From positions 43,152,001 through 43,216,000 of the forward strand of contig OX597826.1 in NCBI GenBank assembly GCA_951406725.2: 64,000 bases of DNA, in the 5' to 3' direction. Position numbers and translations under genes: made by a program. The stretch is from Octopus vulgaris (lineage: Eukaryota). Numbering within the stretch: the first letter of the stretch is position 1; each line of letters begins with the position of its first letter. The notes below the pieces were generated by a model. That model was given only the letters and a program-made list of their open reading frames with translations, was not told where the DNA came from and searched no databases. This document shows, one piece after another, positions 1-12,930 of the stretch.

Positions 1-233
1 TATCTCAGCCAGTAGCTGTGAACAGGTTTAACATGCTGAACTCAAAAATTAAAACCCAAATGGAGTTGATTATCATCATCATCATCATCATCATCGTTTA
101 TGTATATTTAGAGGAAAACCTCTATTAAACAATTCAATAATGAAAGATGTTATTCACACCATATAGAAAACGTACTATAAAAACCTTATTCTAAAAATCA
201 ATAAAGTACATATATATATATAGATAGATAGAT

Positions 234-421
234 CAGTGCTCTGCAACCGGTATGCCGTGATACAATAGTGTGCCATGAGATGATGCTAGGTGGGCCACAT
301 TGTAACCTGAATATCATTTTATCCCCCCTATACTTTCAGTTATATTTTTAGTTTAGGTGTGCCACCGAATTTTGAAAAGAATATAAGTGTACCACAAGTG
401 AAGAAAGGTTGTAGAGCACTG
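234..421. mobile_element. hAT-type MITE
   Basis: 15-bp TIRs CAGTGCTCTGCAACC / GGTTGTAGAGCACTG (14/15 match). Confidence 0.75.
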
Positions 422-456
422 GTACAGACAGATAGACTTCTTGAGCATAGGGAGCA

Positions 457-538
<82 letters not shown>

Positions 539-540
<2 letters not shown>

Positions 541-799
541 CACTTGTGCTGGTGTGCAGGTGACACGTAAAAAAAGAAGATTTTTTTTGTGGCCCTTGCC
601 AGTACCACCTGACTGGCCCTCATGCTGGTGTGGCACGTAAAAGCACAAACTACACTCTCGGAGTGGTTGGCGTTAGGAAGGGCATCCAACTGTAGAAACT
701 CTGCCAGATCAAGATTGGAGTCTGGTTTGCCAGTCCTCAGTCAAATCGTCCAACCCATGCTAGCATGGAAAGCAGACGTTAAACGATAACGATGATGAT
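539..799 (+). mobile_element. SINE family C with (ATG)n tail
   Basis: GGCGTTAGGAAGGGCATCC...CCAACCCATGCTAGCATGGAAA...CGTTAAACGAT(GAT)n. Confidence 0.75.
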
Positions 800-1261
800 A
801 TATATATATATATATATATTACTACACATGTAATATAAATGTGAATAAGTGCCTATATAATTGTGTATGCATATCTGCACACATATATATATTTGTTACA
901 CACATATATACATATATACACTGTATGTGTTGTAGGGTAATCAATATAATTGAGTAATGAAGGGGTGTGATAGATTTATTAAAGTATTGTATTAAATATT
1001 TAGAGCATATTTAGCTTTCGCCCTTTATGCTTCCTGTTGAATCTCTGGCAGGGTCACTTCAAATTGCTGTTGTCAGGGGATACCAAAGAAAAAGGAACAA
1101 ACAAAAAAGAAAAAAAGAAAAAAAAAACTAGCAATCAATTGCACTATATACACCCATCAATCTACAGCTTTGTGTCAAAGTAATACATTAATATATTTCA
1201 GTATTGATTTATGATAAACAACTGTATGTGTGTGTGTGTGTATATATATATATTTTTTTTT

Positions 1262-1470
1262 TCTTTTATTTGTTTCAGTCATTTGACTGCAACCATGCTG
1301 GAGTGCTGCCTTTAGTCAAACAAATCAACCCCAGGACTTACTCTTTATAAGCCTAGTACTTATTCTATTGGTCTCTTTTGCCGAACTGCTAAGTTACGGG
1401 ATGTAAACACACCAACATCAGTTGTCAAGTGATGGCGGGGATGGAGACAAACACAGACACTCACAAATAT
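1262..1470 (-). mobile_element. SINE family A, 3' half
   Basis: Aligns to 9101-9310. Confidence 0.8.
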
Positions 1471-2096
1471 ATACATACACACATTATATTTTCAATCTCT
1501 CATACCAAAGAGGTCTTCAGTTGGTCGTATGCAACATAATTAGTTAGCTGTTAAATTAACAGAAATATTTCAATATGTACCAGTCTCCATATTTTTTGTA
1601 ATTGTTATGTAGTCACACACCTGAAAATATTCATAATCCAATGACATAAGTCAAATTTACCCATCAGAAGAATTAAAGTGGGATTGCTCACCCTAAACTA
1701 CCTTTGGTGTTCTTACTATTTGATATACTTAGCCAGAACCTGGACTATGCCTGAGAGCCCTTATGGTACCAACCTAGATAATCTATCCATATATACCCAT
1801 CATGTATGTGATGGACTCTCCCATCGAAGATGGCGAATGAGAGTTCAGCCTTTTCAAACAAGTTGTACAAATGATTTGTTTATAATGATCAAATGCTTGT
1901 GCTGCACAGTAGCTCACTCTCTCCATCAAATCAACCTTATCTGAACAGGTGTACAGTGTACCACCATGCATCAGGTGTAGAAGTGATTGCAGGGTAACAC
2001 AAGATGAAGGGTTTTGCTTAAGAGCACAACACACCTCTCGGTCTAAGAATTGAAATCACAATCACTAGATTGTGTGTGCAACATCCTAACTACACA

Positions 2097-2365
2097 CATC
2101 ATCATCATCATTGTTTAACGTCCGTTTTCCATGCTAGCACAGGTTGGACGGTTTGACCTGGGTCTGGGAAGCCAGGAGGCTGCACTAGGCTCCAGTCTGA
2201 TCTGGCAGTGTTTCTACAGCTGGATGCCCTTCCTAATGCCAACCACTCCATGAGTGTAGTGAGTGCTTTTTACATGCCACCGGCACAGGTGCCAGGGGAG
2301 GCTGGCAGCGACCATGATCGGTTGGTGCTTTTTACGTGCTACTGGCACAGAAGCCAGTCAAGGCG
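2097..2365 (-). mobile_element. SINE family C
   Basis: Reverse copy of 539-799, nearly identical to 4416-4680. Confidence 0.8.
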
Positions 2366-2574
2366 ATAATCTACATCATAGATATACAAACAGGGCAAAT
2401 TTAACCATTTCTTTCAGCGTTACTCAATTTTCGAATCTTGAATTCTCATCAGAGGTATTGATATCAATTTGGCCAATCCCAGAGAAACAAGCAGCATCTT
2501 GAATGTATATTGGCTTCTCTAAAACTATTTAGAGAAGTCATCAGTATCGGTGAAACTTTGGAATAAACAGTTAC

Positions 2575-2612
<38 letters not shown>

Positions 2613-3784
2613 GTGTGTGTGTGTGTGTGTGTGTGTGATTCACCACCACCACTACTTGACAACTGATGTTGGTATGTTTATGTCTGCATAACTTAGCAGT
2701 TCAGTAGATGAGACCAATAGAATAAGTACCAGGATTAAAAAAAAAAAAAGGTAGTGGTGTTGATTCATTCAACTTAAGTTTATTCCAGGCAGTGTCCCAG
2801 TATGGCTGCAGTCTAATGACTGAAAAAAGTAACACATAAAAAAAATATATATGTGTGTGTGTGTATTCCTATACACACACACACACACATGCATACTCAT
2901 GTACAGAAACACATTCTGTACATTCGCAAGGGTCATAGGTTTTAAGAGCTTTCTATATAAAATCAGAAAAGCATATAAATCAAGTTTCTACTGTGATTTA
3001 TTCAAACAATAAATACACAAGATTAAAAATGAATACACAAGATTAAAAATGAATGAATGTGTGTTTGTGTGTGTGTGTGTGTGTGAGTGAAGATTGTAGC
3101 TCCAGCAGAAAGTTGTCTTAAATCAGTCATCAGGAAAATTCCAACCAAGTCAGATTAAAGCAAACATAATGAAGCCAGCATCCAAGGAGAATTTCTCCAG
3201 CTCGAGCAGAGAAGAGTGGGTATCTTAATGGATTATATTGAGGGGATTATAAAATAACAAAAAAAAAAAAAAAAGTAGGGGGAATGGAAAAAAGGGAAAA
3301 GGGGATGAAATAAAGTGAGTTAATATGATGCTTAGGTTATTATCATATTATAGCGTTGTTGAGATTACTGAGAGAGAACTGGCACCGTATGACAATTGGT
3401 GCCCTAAAATTAGAGGGTATATCTGAGAGATAGAAGTGAGAGAGAAGAGAAACAGGAGTGAGTGTGAGCTAGATTGAAGTGGGAGGCATAGAGAGAATGC
3501 AAGGGAAGAGGTAGATAGTGTGTGTGAGTGTGTGTGTGTGTGTGTGGCGAGATAGAGAGAGACAATGGGTATATGAGAGAGGTGATAAGAGAAAGGGTGA
3601 GAATTTGCAAGAGAGTGAAACAATAAGAGAGAGGTATGAGCAAGAAGGAGTGAGAGAGAGAGAGAAAGAGAGAGAGAGAGATGCATACATTTCCATACAC
3701 ACACAATGAAAAAGTATACAAATGATTGAATGCATGTACACACACAAACACATTACACACATAATTAGAACCATGCATACAGTT

Positions 3785-3817
<33 letters not shown>

Positions 3818-4224
3818 TTACACACATAATTGAAACCATGCATACAGTTACACACACACACACACACACATACATGATTGGATGCATGCACACATATTTC
3901 TTAGTTCATTATTCAGATTATTGTAGACTAAATACCCCCTTTTTTAATGTAAACCTTAGAGACTAGCTATTGTTAAAAGGAGGATACAGATTGACACATA
4001 ATTACATATGTTAGTTGTGAGTTTATCAGACATAGTAGGGACCTGCCTAACACAGAGAACAGAAATATTTGCTATTTTTACATTTTATTTTATTTTTTAC
4101 TTCTAAATTATTTATGGCTTAGTCAGAGCAGGAAGGGTGTCTATGACCTTTTGCAGGGCCTCTGGAGATCAGTAGGTGGCAGGGAGAAAATAAACCTCAG
4201 ACTAGAAACCTCACCTAAATGCTT

Positions 4225-4865
4225 CAGTAATCAGTTCCTCTTGTGTCCTCCTCGAGGCATACAGGGCAGCAAGTTGATGCCATTGGTTTCTTTCTGTTGG
4301 CTGTGGGTTTTCTCTGCATCCAACCCAAGTGATATTGGCCTCTCTTGTATCAATTATGAATGTTCTGTATCATGTAGTTCTCAGTCTTCTCTTTATTTTT
4401 TCCCTCTGGTGGTCGTCATCATCATCATCGATTAACGTCTGTTTTCCATGCTAGTATGGGTTGGACAGTTCGACTGGGTCTGGGAAGCCAGGAGGCTGCA
4501 CCAGACTCCAGTCTGATCTGGCAGTGTTTCTACAGCTGGATGCCCTTCCTAACGCCAACTACTCTGTGAGTGTAGTGGGTGCTTTTTATGTGCCACCGGC
4601 ACAGGTGCCAGGGGAGGCTGGCAATGGCCATGATCAGTTGGTGCTTCTTATATGCCACCGGCACAGAAGCCAGTCAAGGCAGTGTCCATTTAAAAGCTGT
4701 TTTAGAAAGGTGATCTCTGGTTTCCAACAGTGTTAGTATACACTCAAAGATCCAGCTCTGTATAATAGCACCGAGACATGGAAAAGTACCATGGAAATCA
4801 ACAGAAAGCCAGAGGTATTCCACCAAAATTGCCCGAGAAGAACTCTGAGAATGTATTGGCAAGGT
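4225..4865 (-). mobile_element. Old RTE LINE 3' fragment with an inverted 5' part, interrupted by a SINE
   Basis: The minus strand gives KTAFKWTLP|PEGK...NITW...NQWHQLAALYAS. About 4740-4865 on the plus strand gives ETWKSTMEINRKPEVFHQNCPRRTLRMYW. Confidence 0.65.
4416..4680 (-). mobile_element. SINE family C
   Basis: Nearly identical to 2097-2365; inserted in an RTE fragment. Confidence 0.8.
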
Positions 4866-5339
4866 TCAAATACTTACTTGTATGTTGTAAAAACAGGGAT
4901 TAAGACAATCATTCAAAAAGGAACAGTCTATCTGATAAGCTTCCATATAGCTTATGATCATGATCTATATATATTTCCTACATAAGGCTTTTTGTTGGCC
5001 CTGAAGCTTTGGTAGAAAATATTTGCTCAAAGTTCCATACAGTAAAACAGGATGATATATAAAGACTAACACACAAAAAGAAAAAAAACAAAAACCCAGC
5101 CTATCTGATGTTTCTGCACAGCTTCTGTCTATATTTCACTTGTCAAGGCTCGGTGTGTTTCGAGGCTATGGGAGAGGATATTTGCTCAAAGATTTCACAT
5201 AGTTAAATTGAAGCTAGAATCATGTGGCTGTGAAACCAACTTCTTAAGCACACAGTCATACTTATGCCATAGTTCATTCAGATTTGGAGAGAACAGTGCA
5301 AAGAATATTACATTCTATAAAAGTGGTATTATGCTATAA

Positions 5340-6025
5340 CTCCTGTAAAAATATGGGATGTCAATACATGATATTATAATATACTTCTGTTAAAATTATA
5401 TCATAGAACTGCCTCTGTAAAGATATGAAAAAAGGGGATATGAAGATATGCCACAGTACAAAAGGGGACATGAAGTTGTTGTTACTGCAAAAAATGGGAT
5501 ATAAGATTTTTCTGTAAAAATGAAAAAAAAAGGGAATATAATGATATGCCATGATATAAAAAGGGATATGAAGAGATGTCGCAGTAAGAAAGGGGATTAT
5601 GATGATGTCATTGTAAAAGATGAAAAAAAAAATGAGATATAAGAAGTTAATAACATAGTAAAAAAGGGATATGAAGGTATGTCATCATTCAAAAGGAGAT
5701 ATGGAAATGTGCTGATGTAAAAAAACAAAAAAAACATGTGGGGAGATATGAAGATATAGTGGTGTTAAAAAAGGTGGGATATGAAGATATGCTACTGTAA
5801 AAAAGGGAATATGAAGATATGCAATGTAAAAACATGGGGTATGGAGATACGCTGCAGAAAAAGGATATCAAAATGGTATGGTAAGCAATAGTGACTGAGA
5901 AGATATGCTGGCTAAGAACAATGAAATGCCAAAATATAACCCTATGGAAGAGGGGTTATGAAGATATGCAGCAATAGATAAAAGTGGTATCAAGGTACAC
6001 CACTATAAAATAAAATGATATCGGC
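5340..6025. repeat. Degenerate purine-rich tandem repeat, unit about 30-35 bp
   Basis: AAAAAGGGATATGAAGATATGCxACTGTA-like units. Confidence 0.8.
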
Positions 6026-6246
6026 ATGTAATATATATCTTCACTTAAACATGGATGTTCTGTTAGAAGAAACATTATTTATTTATTTAAATAAAATATT
6101 ATCTCTCAGTATTAGTGCAGCCTCTGTCACTAATATATATTTGATATCATTATGTTATGGCAAAAGATGTGATATTGAGATGCTATTGTAGTATATGGTA
6201 TAGTACAAGGTGATAATTTACCAGTAAATTTAACAGCAATTAATCT

Positions 6247-6465
6247 TATTTCTTTACTGCCCACAAGGGGCTACACACAGAGAGGACAAACAAGGATTAA
6301 GTCGATTATATTGACCCCAGTGTGTAACTGGTACTTAGATAATCGACCCCGAAAGGATGAAAGGCAAAGTTGACCTTGGTGGAATTTGAACTCAGAACGT
6401 AGAGGCAAACGAAATATCGCTAAGCATTTCACCCAGCATTCTAACGTTTCTGTCAGCTCGCCACC
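6247..6465 (-). mobile_element. tRNA-derived SINE family B
   Basis: GGTGGCGAGCTGACAGAAACGTTAG...GAGTTCAAATTCC...CATCCTTTCGGGGTCGAT; more than 15 related copies in the window. Confidence 0.8.
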
Positions 6466-7317
6466 TTAGCCAGCTCGAATGTTGACTCTCAGTTATAAAT
6501 ATTTCACTGATACCAATGATGTTATTGAGAAAGGCATGAATGCCACAATACTATTCTCTCAACCTGCCAAATATCAATAGTCAGCCATCATTTGAGGGAT
6601 ATTTCTGACCTATAAAGGTTAAACAATTGACTGACTTGTTCATCATCATCATCATCATAATCATCATTTTAAGGTTCACTTTCCAAGGTTTGTGTAGGTT
6701 GGATGGAATTTTTTGAGGCAGATTCTCGCTGTCTGGATGTGTCTCCAGTTTTGTTTCCAACCTGTTTCCAAATACGGCAATATTTATTGTCACAAGTATT
6801 TCTCTATGACTGCTCATGTTTTCACAGAAGATTAGACACAAAGATTCGGAAATAAATAATACTGCCGCATTATTATGGTGACTCTCATTTCAACAACTAT
6901 CACGCAATTCAATACAAAAAAGACACCAACTCAAACATGTGGTTACAAGGTGAGCCTTGTAACCACAGAGCTATGCCAAGAAAAAAAAAGAAAAAAAAAA
7001 TTAATATTTTTTATTTGTTTATATCTTCCAATAAACAAAGAAACCCTATATTTCAATGTCTTTTGTCACTTTCCATATGAAATGACCCGTGGGATTAAAA
7101 ATATCTTACTTGGAAAACAATTTAGTATTGGTGATATGAAGCAAATCTGGTTGTACACAAAAAAAAAAAAAAACCTACATTCACATTACATGTACACGCT
7201 AGCATGAAAAAAATAGATGTGAAAATAATTTTATATATCATCATCATTAGTTAGTGCCTGCTTTCAATGCTGGCATGGGTTAGATAGCTGCACAAGGTTC
7301 CAGCCTGATACTCTTTA

Positions 7318-7597
7318 CTCTTTTACTTGTTTCAGTCATTTGACTGCGGCCATGCTGGAGCACCACCTTTAGTCGAACAAATCGACCCCAGGACTTATTC
7401 TCTGCAAGCCTAGTACTTATTCTATCGGTCTCTTTTGCTGAATCGCTAAGTTTCGGGGACGTAAACACACCAGCATCGGTTGTCAAGCGATGTTAGGGGA
7501 ACAAACACAGACACACACACATATATATATATATTTATACATATACATATATACGACGGGCTTCTTTCAGTTTCCGTCTACCAAATCCACTCACAAT
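7318..7597 (-). mobile_element. SINE family A, 5'-truncated
   Basis: Aligns to 9101-9385. Confidence 0.8.
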
Positions 7598-7719
7598 GCT
7601 CCAGCAGGGTTGCTGTCAAATGACTGAAACAAGTAAAAGAGTAATACATACATACATACATACATATATATATATATAGTTGGACTCATGTTGCTTTGGC
7701 AAATGAGGAGAGTTCAGTA

Positions 7720-7940
7720 AAACTTAGTTGTAGAGGTTTTGCCATGTCATCTCAATTAGGATTGAAACCTATCTGGAATTTGCAGATTCGTTTGCAGACC
7801 TTGTAGTAGTGGTCTGTGTGATTTGGGAGTAGATTGGACCTAGCTCTATGCTGAGCTATTTTCTCCCTCGGGGGTGTTGATCCTGCCTGCCTTAAAGTCA
7901 TAGATGGCTTGGTAGCAATATCTTCTCCACCTGAGCACTA
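7720..7940 (-). mobile_element. Degenerate RTE(-BovB-like) LINE C-terminal fragment
   Basis: RWRRYCYQAIYDFKAGRINTPREKIAQHRAR...KVCKRICKFQIGF resembles the RTE C-terminal zinc-finger region. Confidence 0.55.
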
Positions 7941-7945
7941 TTCAG

Positions 7946-7984
<39 letters not shown>

Positions 7985-7987
<3 letters not shown>

Positions 7988-8480
7988 GGGTTTGTATGAT
8001 TGTTTATAGAAGGATATATATTATTCAAAGGAATTCCAATTCTGTGTTTTATGTTTTATTTATATTCTTTATAATATTAATGTAGAATATAGAATATATA
8101 GTATAAATAGTACACGTAGTGTAAAATGAAATGATGTATTGATTGTCTTATTGAATAGATGAAATATTGAAGATCAAATATTAAGGGACTAGTATACTTT
8201 CTTGCATGAAAGCAGTCTTCAGGGTCCCAGGTTGTTAGAAGTTGAATCATTACAAAGAGCCAGAAGTTATATTCATGTATTTACTGATTGAAGTTGTTGT
8301 AAAGTATTGGCCTTTGGCCTTTAATACAATTCTGATATAGGAGTTTCCTTTTGTTGGTGGAGGGGAGAGGGTAAAAATCTAGGGTGCAGCCGTAGAAAGG
8401 TTGAACGTACCTAGGGGGAAGAGCGGGTATTCTGCTTGTGGTCGTTGAACCTACTAAAAATAAGACCCAATCCAAATTTC
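7985..8480 (-). mobile_element. Penelope-like element 3' remnant (GIY-YIG C-terminus-like peptide, hammerhead, AT-rich tail)
   Basis: The peptide FYPLPSTNKRKLLYQNCIKGQRPILYNN resembles the R..E...I....P.LN end of PLE endonucleases. It is followed by the hammerhead motif and abuts (TA)n. Confidence 0.5.
8184..8228 (-). ncRNA. Slightly degenerate minimal hammerhead ribozyme motif
   Basis: Minus strand reads gggacc-CTGAAGA-ctgc-tttcat-gcaa-GAAA-gtatac-TA-gtccc, with palindromic stem III AGTATACT. Confidence 0.55.
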
Positions 8481-8593
8481 CTTCACGACAAAAGGAAAAG
8501 TCCCAACAAATAACTTATACTAAGTAGCCATAAAACACGGTATGGTCGCAGTCTCGACTAGAAGCAATAATAAAATAAAATAAAAGCAATAAT

Positions 8594-8788
8594 TATTTCT
8601 TTATTACCCACAAGGGGCTAAACACAGAGGGGACAAACAAGGACAGATATCGACCCCAGTGCGTAACTGGTACTTAATTTATCGACCCCGAAAGGATGAA
8701 AGGCAAAGTCGACCTCGGCGGAATTTGAACTCATAACGTAACGGCAGACGAAATATGGCTACGCATTTCGCCCAGCGTGCTAACGTTT
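8594..8788 (-). mobile_element. SINE family B
   Basis: Aligns to 6247-6450. Confidence 0.8.
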
Positions 8789-9100
8789 ATGAAAGCACTA
8801 ATATTTTCGTGGAAGACAAAACGTATTCGTGCACATACAGGATGTGACAAACGCGCGCGCCTGTGTGTGAATGTGTGTGTTTCTCTTCTTAATTTAAATC
8901 TTGACCGGCCACCTTACTTGGTAGCAAAGTTGTGAAGGAAAGTAGCTTGTTTTAACCGTCATCCGTATAAATTTTAAGGTCTTGCAGATTCTTGTAGTCC
9001 CAGATATCGTGATGTGTGTGCATATTCTTTTGACTGCGGCCATGCTGGAGCATTAATATATTTCAGTATTGATTTATGATATACAACTATGTGTGTGTGT

Positions 9101-9303
9101 TCTTTTACTTGTTTCAGTCATGAGACTGCGGCCATACTGGAGCACCACATTTAGTCAAGCAAATCAACCCCAGGACTTGCTCTTTATAAGCTTAGTACTT
9201 ATTCTATCGGTCACTTTTGCCGAACCGCTAAGTTACGGGACGTAAACACACCAGCATCGGTTGTCAAGCGATGGTGGTAGTGGGGAACAATCACAGACAC
9301 ACA

Positions 9304-9343
<40 letters not shown>

Positions 9344-9504
9344 ACGGGCTTCTTTCAGTTTCCGTCTACTAAATCCACTCACAAGGCTTTGGTCGGCCCG
9401 AGGCTATAGTAGAAGACACTTGCCCAAGGTGCCACGCAGTGGGACTGAACTCGGAACCATGTGGCTGGTGAGCAAGCTACTTACCAAACAGCCACTCCTA
9501 CGCC
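9101..9504 (-). mobile_element. tRNA-derived SINE family A, full-length copy with internal CA/TA microsatellite
   Basis: Minus-strand head GGCGTAGGAGTGGCTG...GAGTTCAGTCCC (A/B boxes) and CCTTGGGCAAG core. There are many related copies in the window. Confidence 0.85.
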
Positions 9505-10073
9505 TAAGTTTCCTTTAAGATTTATTTAAGTTCTTAATGGAGTTCGAGTCGGTCGCCATCATAGTGATTGGACATTTTGAGTTGAAATATTTCCCGGTGT
9601 TTGTAAATATGTAGTTGAGTTAGTGTGTACGTATATATATGTGTGTGTGTGTGTGTGTATATATACATGTACTTATGGTCTGTGTGCATGTCTCTTTAGT
9701 GGTTGGGAGGTAATCGTGTGTACGTGTGTGTGCGCGCGCTCACATGTATACGTATGTATGCATGTGTGTGTGCGCGCGCTCACATGTATACGTATGTATG
9801 CATGTGCATATGTGGTGTGCATTATGCATTCTTCATACATTTTCATACACGTATATCAAAGCAATGTGTAGGAGAGCGCTTTATGTGTAAATTAACCCAC
9901 ATGTCTATATGATGGAGGGGCATTTTAAGAAATTAATTTTGTCAGCATATTTCTCGAGATAATGCATATACAAAATATATAGATTCACACACACACACAC
10001 ACAGAACAGATTGTATGGCTACAAACTAATGACAGAAACAAGATAAAACATATATACACACACAAACACGCAT

Positions 10074-10104
<31 letters not shown>

Positions 10105-10702
10105 TATATATATATACATACAAACGTATAAATGCACACATACAATAGTCGATATCTGGTTTTTACTCATATCACATTGTTATATTATTCACATTGTTAT
10201 ATTATTCCAATAAATAAATAAAATTTTAATGTGTATATGTCTACTCGATATGGGTTTTAGTCACCTAACACATTTCTCATTTCTCCTTCGCTGAAATGTC
10301 CAACTCAAAATATGAGAGAATTCACGTTTTCGGGACGGCAAACGAATGTAGATCGTTGGATATCGAGAACTTTGTGTGTGCGTGTGTGTGTGTTTGTATG
10401 AGAGGGAGAGAAAGAAAGAGTATGTGTGTGTGAGAACAAACGAGGGATCGAACCTGGTTCTTGGTGTTATAGCTCGATCTACATGAAATATGTACCCAAG
10501 ATCTGCTTCAACTCACGCCATCAGAGCAGTGGAAGAAAAAAAAATTTTAAAAAGGTAAAGGCGGGATGGTCAGGCTGACCTGGGGCTATATAAATATGCA
10601 CGCACACACACACACCTCACACAAAGGCTTGCCCGTCTGTCGAATTTTCTATTTTGTCCAACTGTGTTTTACCATTTGCTGTTTATATGTACATATAAAC
10701 GT

Positions 10703-10745
<43 letters not shown>

Positions 10746-10982
10746 CACGGACAATTTTTAATAAATATTTATTTCATTTTGCTAAAGGGAAAGTAAATTC
10801 AACTATATATACATACAAATATAGATATATTTATAAACACACATACACATACTCATTTATATGCATAGGTACATTTTATATACATACACATATGTACATG
10901 TATGCGTGTCTGTACGCATTATAAGGTTTATCTTAAAGAAGTTTCAAAACCGAACAAAGTGGTTGCAAGGGACTGTGTGTGT

Positions 10983-11024
<42 letters not shown>

Positions 11025-11390
11025 AGAGAGAGAGAGATATGTATTATGTGTATATACATATACATAATTATACACACGCCCATGTCAGTAGGTAGATAGA
11101 TAGATAGATAGATAGATAAAGTTTATATTAGCTTGAAAACCGGAGGTCGCTTAGGCCGACTCTCTCCTTAATACACACACATTACCCTAGGGTTAGTGTA
11201 GGTACGACTGTAAAACAATCATAATTTCTGTCCGTGAGGCTTTAAACTGGAGGTGAACAAAACGTTATGTTCGTTCTAAAGAAAGAATTATTTCCAGACG
11301 GTGGGGGAGAAAAGATAACTAGAAGCCTATGTACACAAAATTCCCTTTCCGTAAATATGTATACATATATATGTGTGTGTGTATACATAC

Positions 11391-11454
<64 letters not shown>

Positions 11455-11547
11455 GTGCAGTTAAGTATATGTCTGGTGACCAATGGTTTTGCATCCATAA
11501 AGGACTCTAAAGCCGAAGGCCATCTAATATAAGCTAATATAAACCGA

Positions 11548-11613
<66 letters not shown>

Positions 11614-12614
11614 CTGTTTGTATGTAGGGCCTTGTTTGCTCGAAACCGTTATAAATATATAAATATATATATATATGAACACACGCTTTCATATTAAATT
11701 GTTTTTATTTTACTTATTGCATTGGGTTTGCTTTTCACTAGATTAAATAATTGTACCAGGGGTACATTTTATGCTTTGTAACCCCTACAGAACACCGCAC
11801 GAATTTACTTTTATATTAGAGTCTTACAGGTTATGGTGTTTAAGGTAGAGAATATAAATATATATATATATACACAGATATGTATATGTACGTGTGTTTG
11901 TGAAAGAGAGAATGTAAGAGGATGAAAATTATGCGTGTGTGCAAGTCTGCGTGTGAGAAAGAATGAGGATAAAATGTGCGTGTGTGTGTGTGTGTTTGCG
12001 AGAGAGTGTACGTTCGTGTGAAAAACTGTGCGTAAGAAAGACGGGGAGATGATAGTGTGTGTGTGTGTGTCAGAGAGAGAAAGAAAGACAGATACTGTTT
12101 TATTAATTTTGCCTGGAAAAAAAACCCCAGGTAAATTTCAAATAATACCAAAACAAAAATGTTTGCAAAAGGGAGAATGAGAGAGAGAGAAAGCTGGAGG
12201 GAAGAAAATAAGAAAATGTGTATTGTGTGAGAGAGAGAGAGAGAGAGAGGGAGAGAGAACCGTGTACTTAGGAAAGAAAGTGAGTGTGAATAGTGTATAT
12301 GAAAGTGTGTATGTGTGAAAAACAATGTACCTGTGCATATATGAGAGACAGAGACAGAGAGAGAGACTACAAGAACGGAGTGTGTAGAATATAGATAGAA
12401 AGAAGTGGAGAATCGCTAGCAAGAAAGAGTAAGAGAATGTGTGTACGCAAGGGTATGTGTTGTGTGTGTGTGTGTGTACGCACACAAAAGAAAAGGAAAA
12501 TGTGATTTCTTCTGAAGAGACCAGGAAACTTGCACAATATTGCAGATTGTACTGTGTGAGCGAGAGAAAGTAAACACTAACGTAACTGCAAACCCTACAT
12601 CGATACACACACAC

Positions 12615-12656
<42 letters not shown>

Positions 12657-12897
12657 CGTAAATGATGTATTTTGTTAATGGTCTTCTATTCTGTTTTTTT
12701 TTACTAGTTTTAGTCAAGGTATTGTGGCCACGCTGGGGCACTGTCTGCAAGGCTTTTCAGCCGATCATTATCGACCGACAGACACCTGCACGTTCTTTTA
12801 CTCCAGCCTTGTATTTTATTGATTTCTATTTATCGAATTACTAAGTTATAGGACGCATTAATATCGATTTTTAAACCAGTATAAACACACAAACACA

Positions 12898-12930
<33 letters not shown>

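Noticed and set aside
1581-1950. Possible small minus-strand exons of a nested gene
   Set aside because: Splice-like signals are present, but the implied intron is only 40 nt and the peptides are unrecognisable.
11245-11300. GTGAACA...GAAA hammerhead-like motif
   Set aside because: There are extra bases before GAAA and no clear stem III, so it is not distinguishable from chance.
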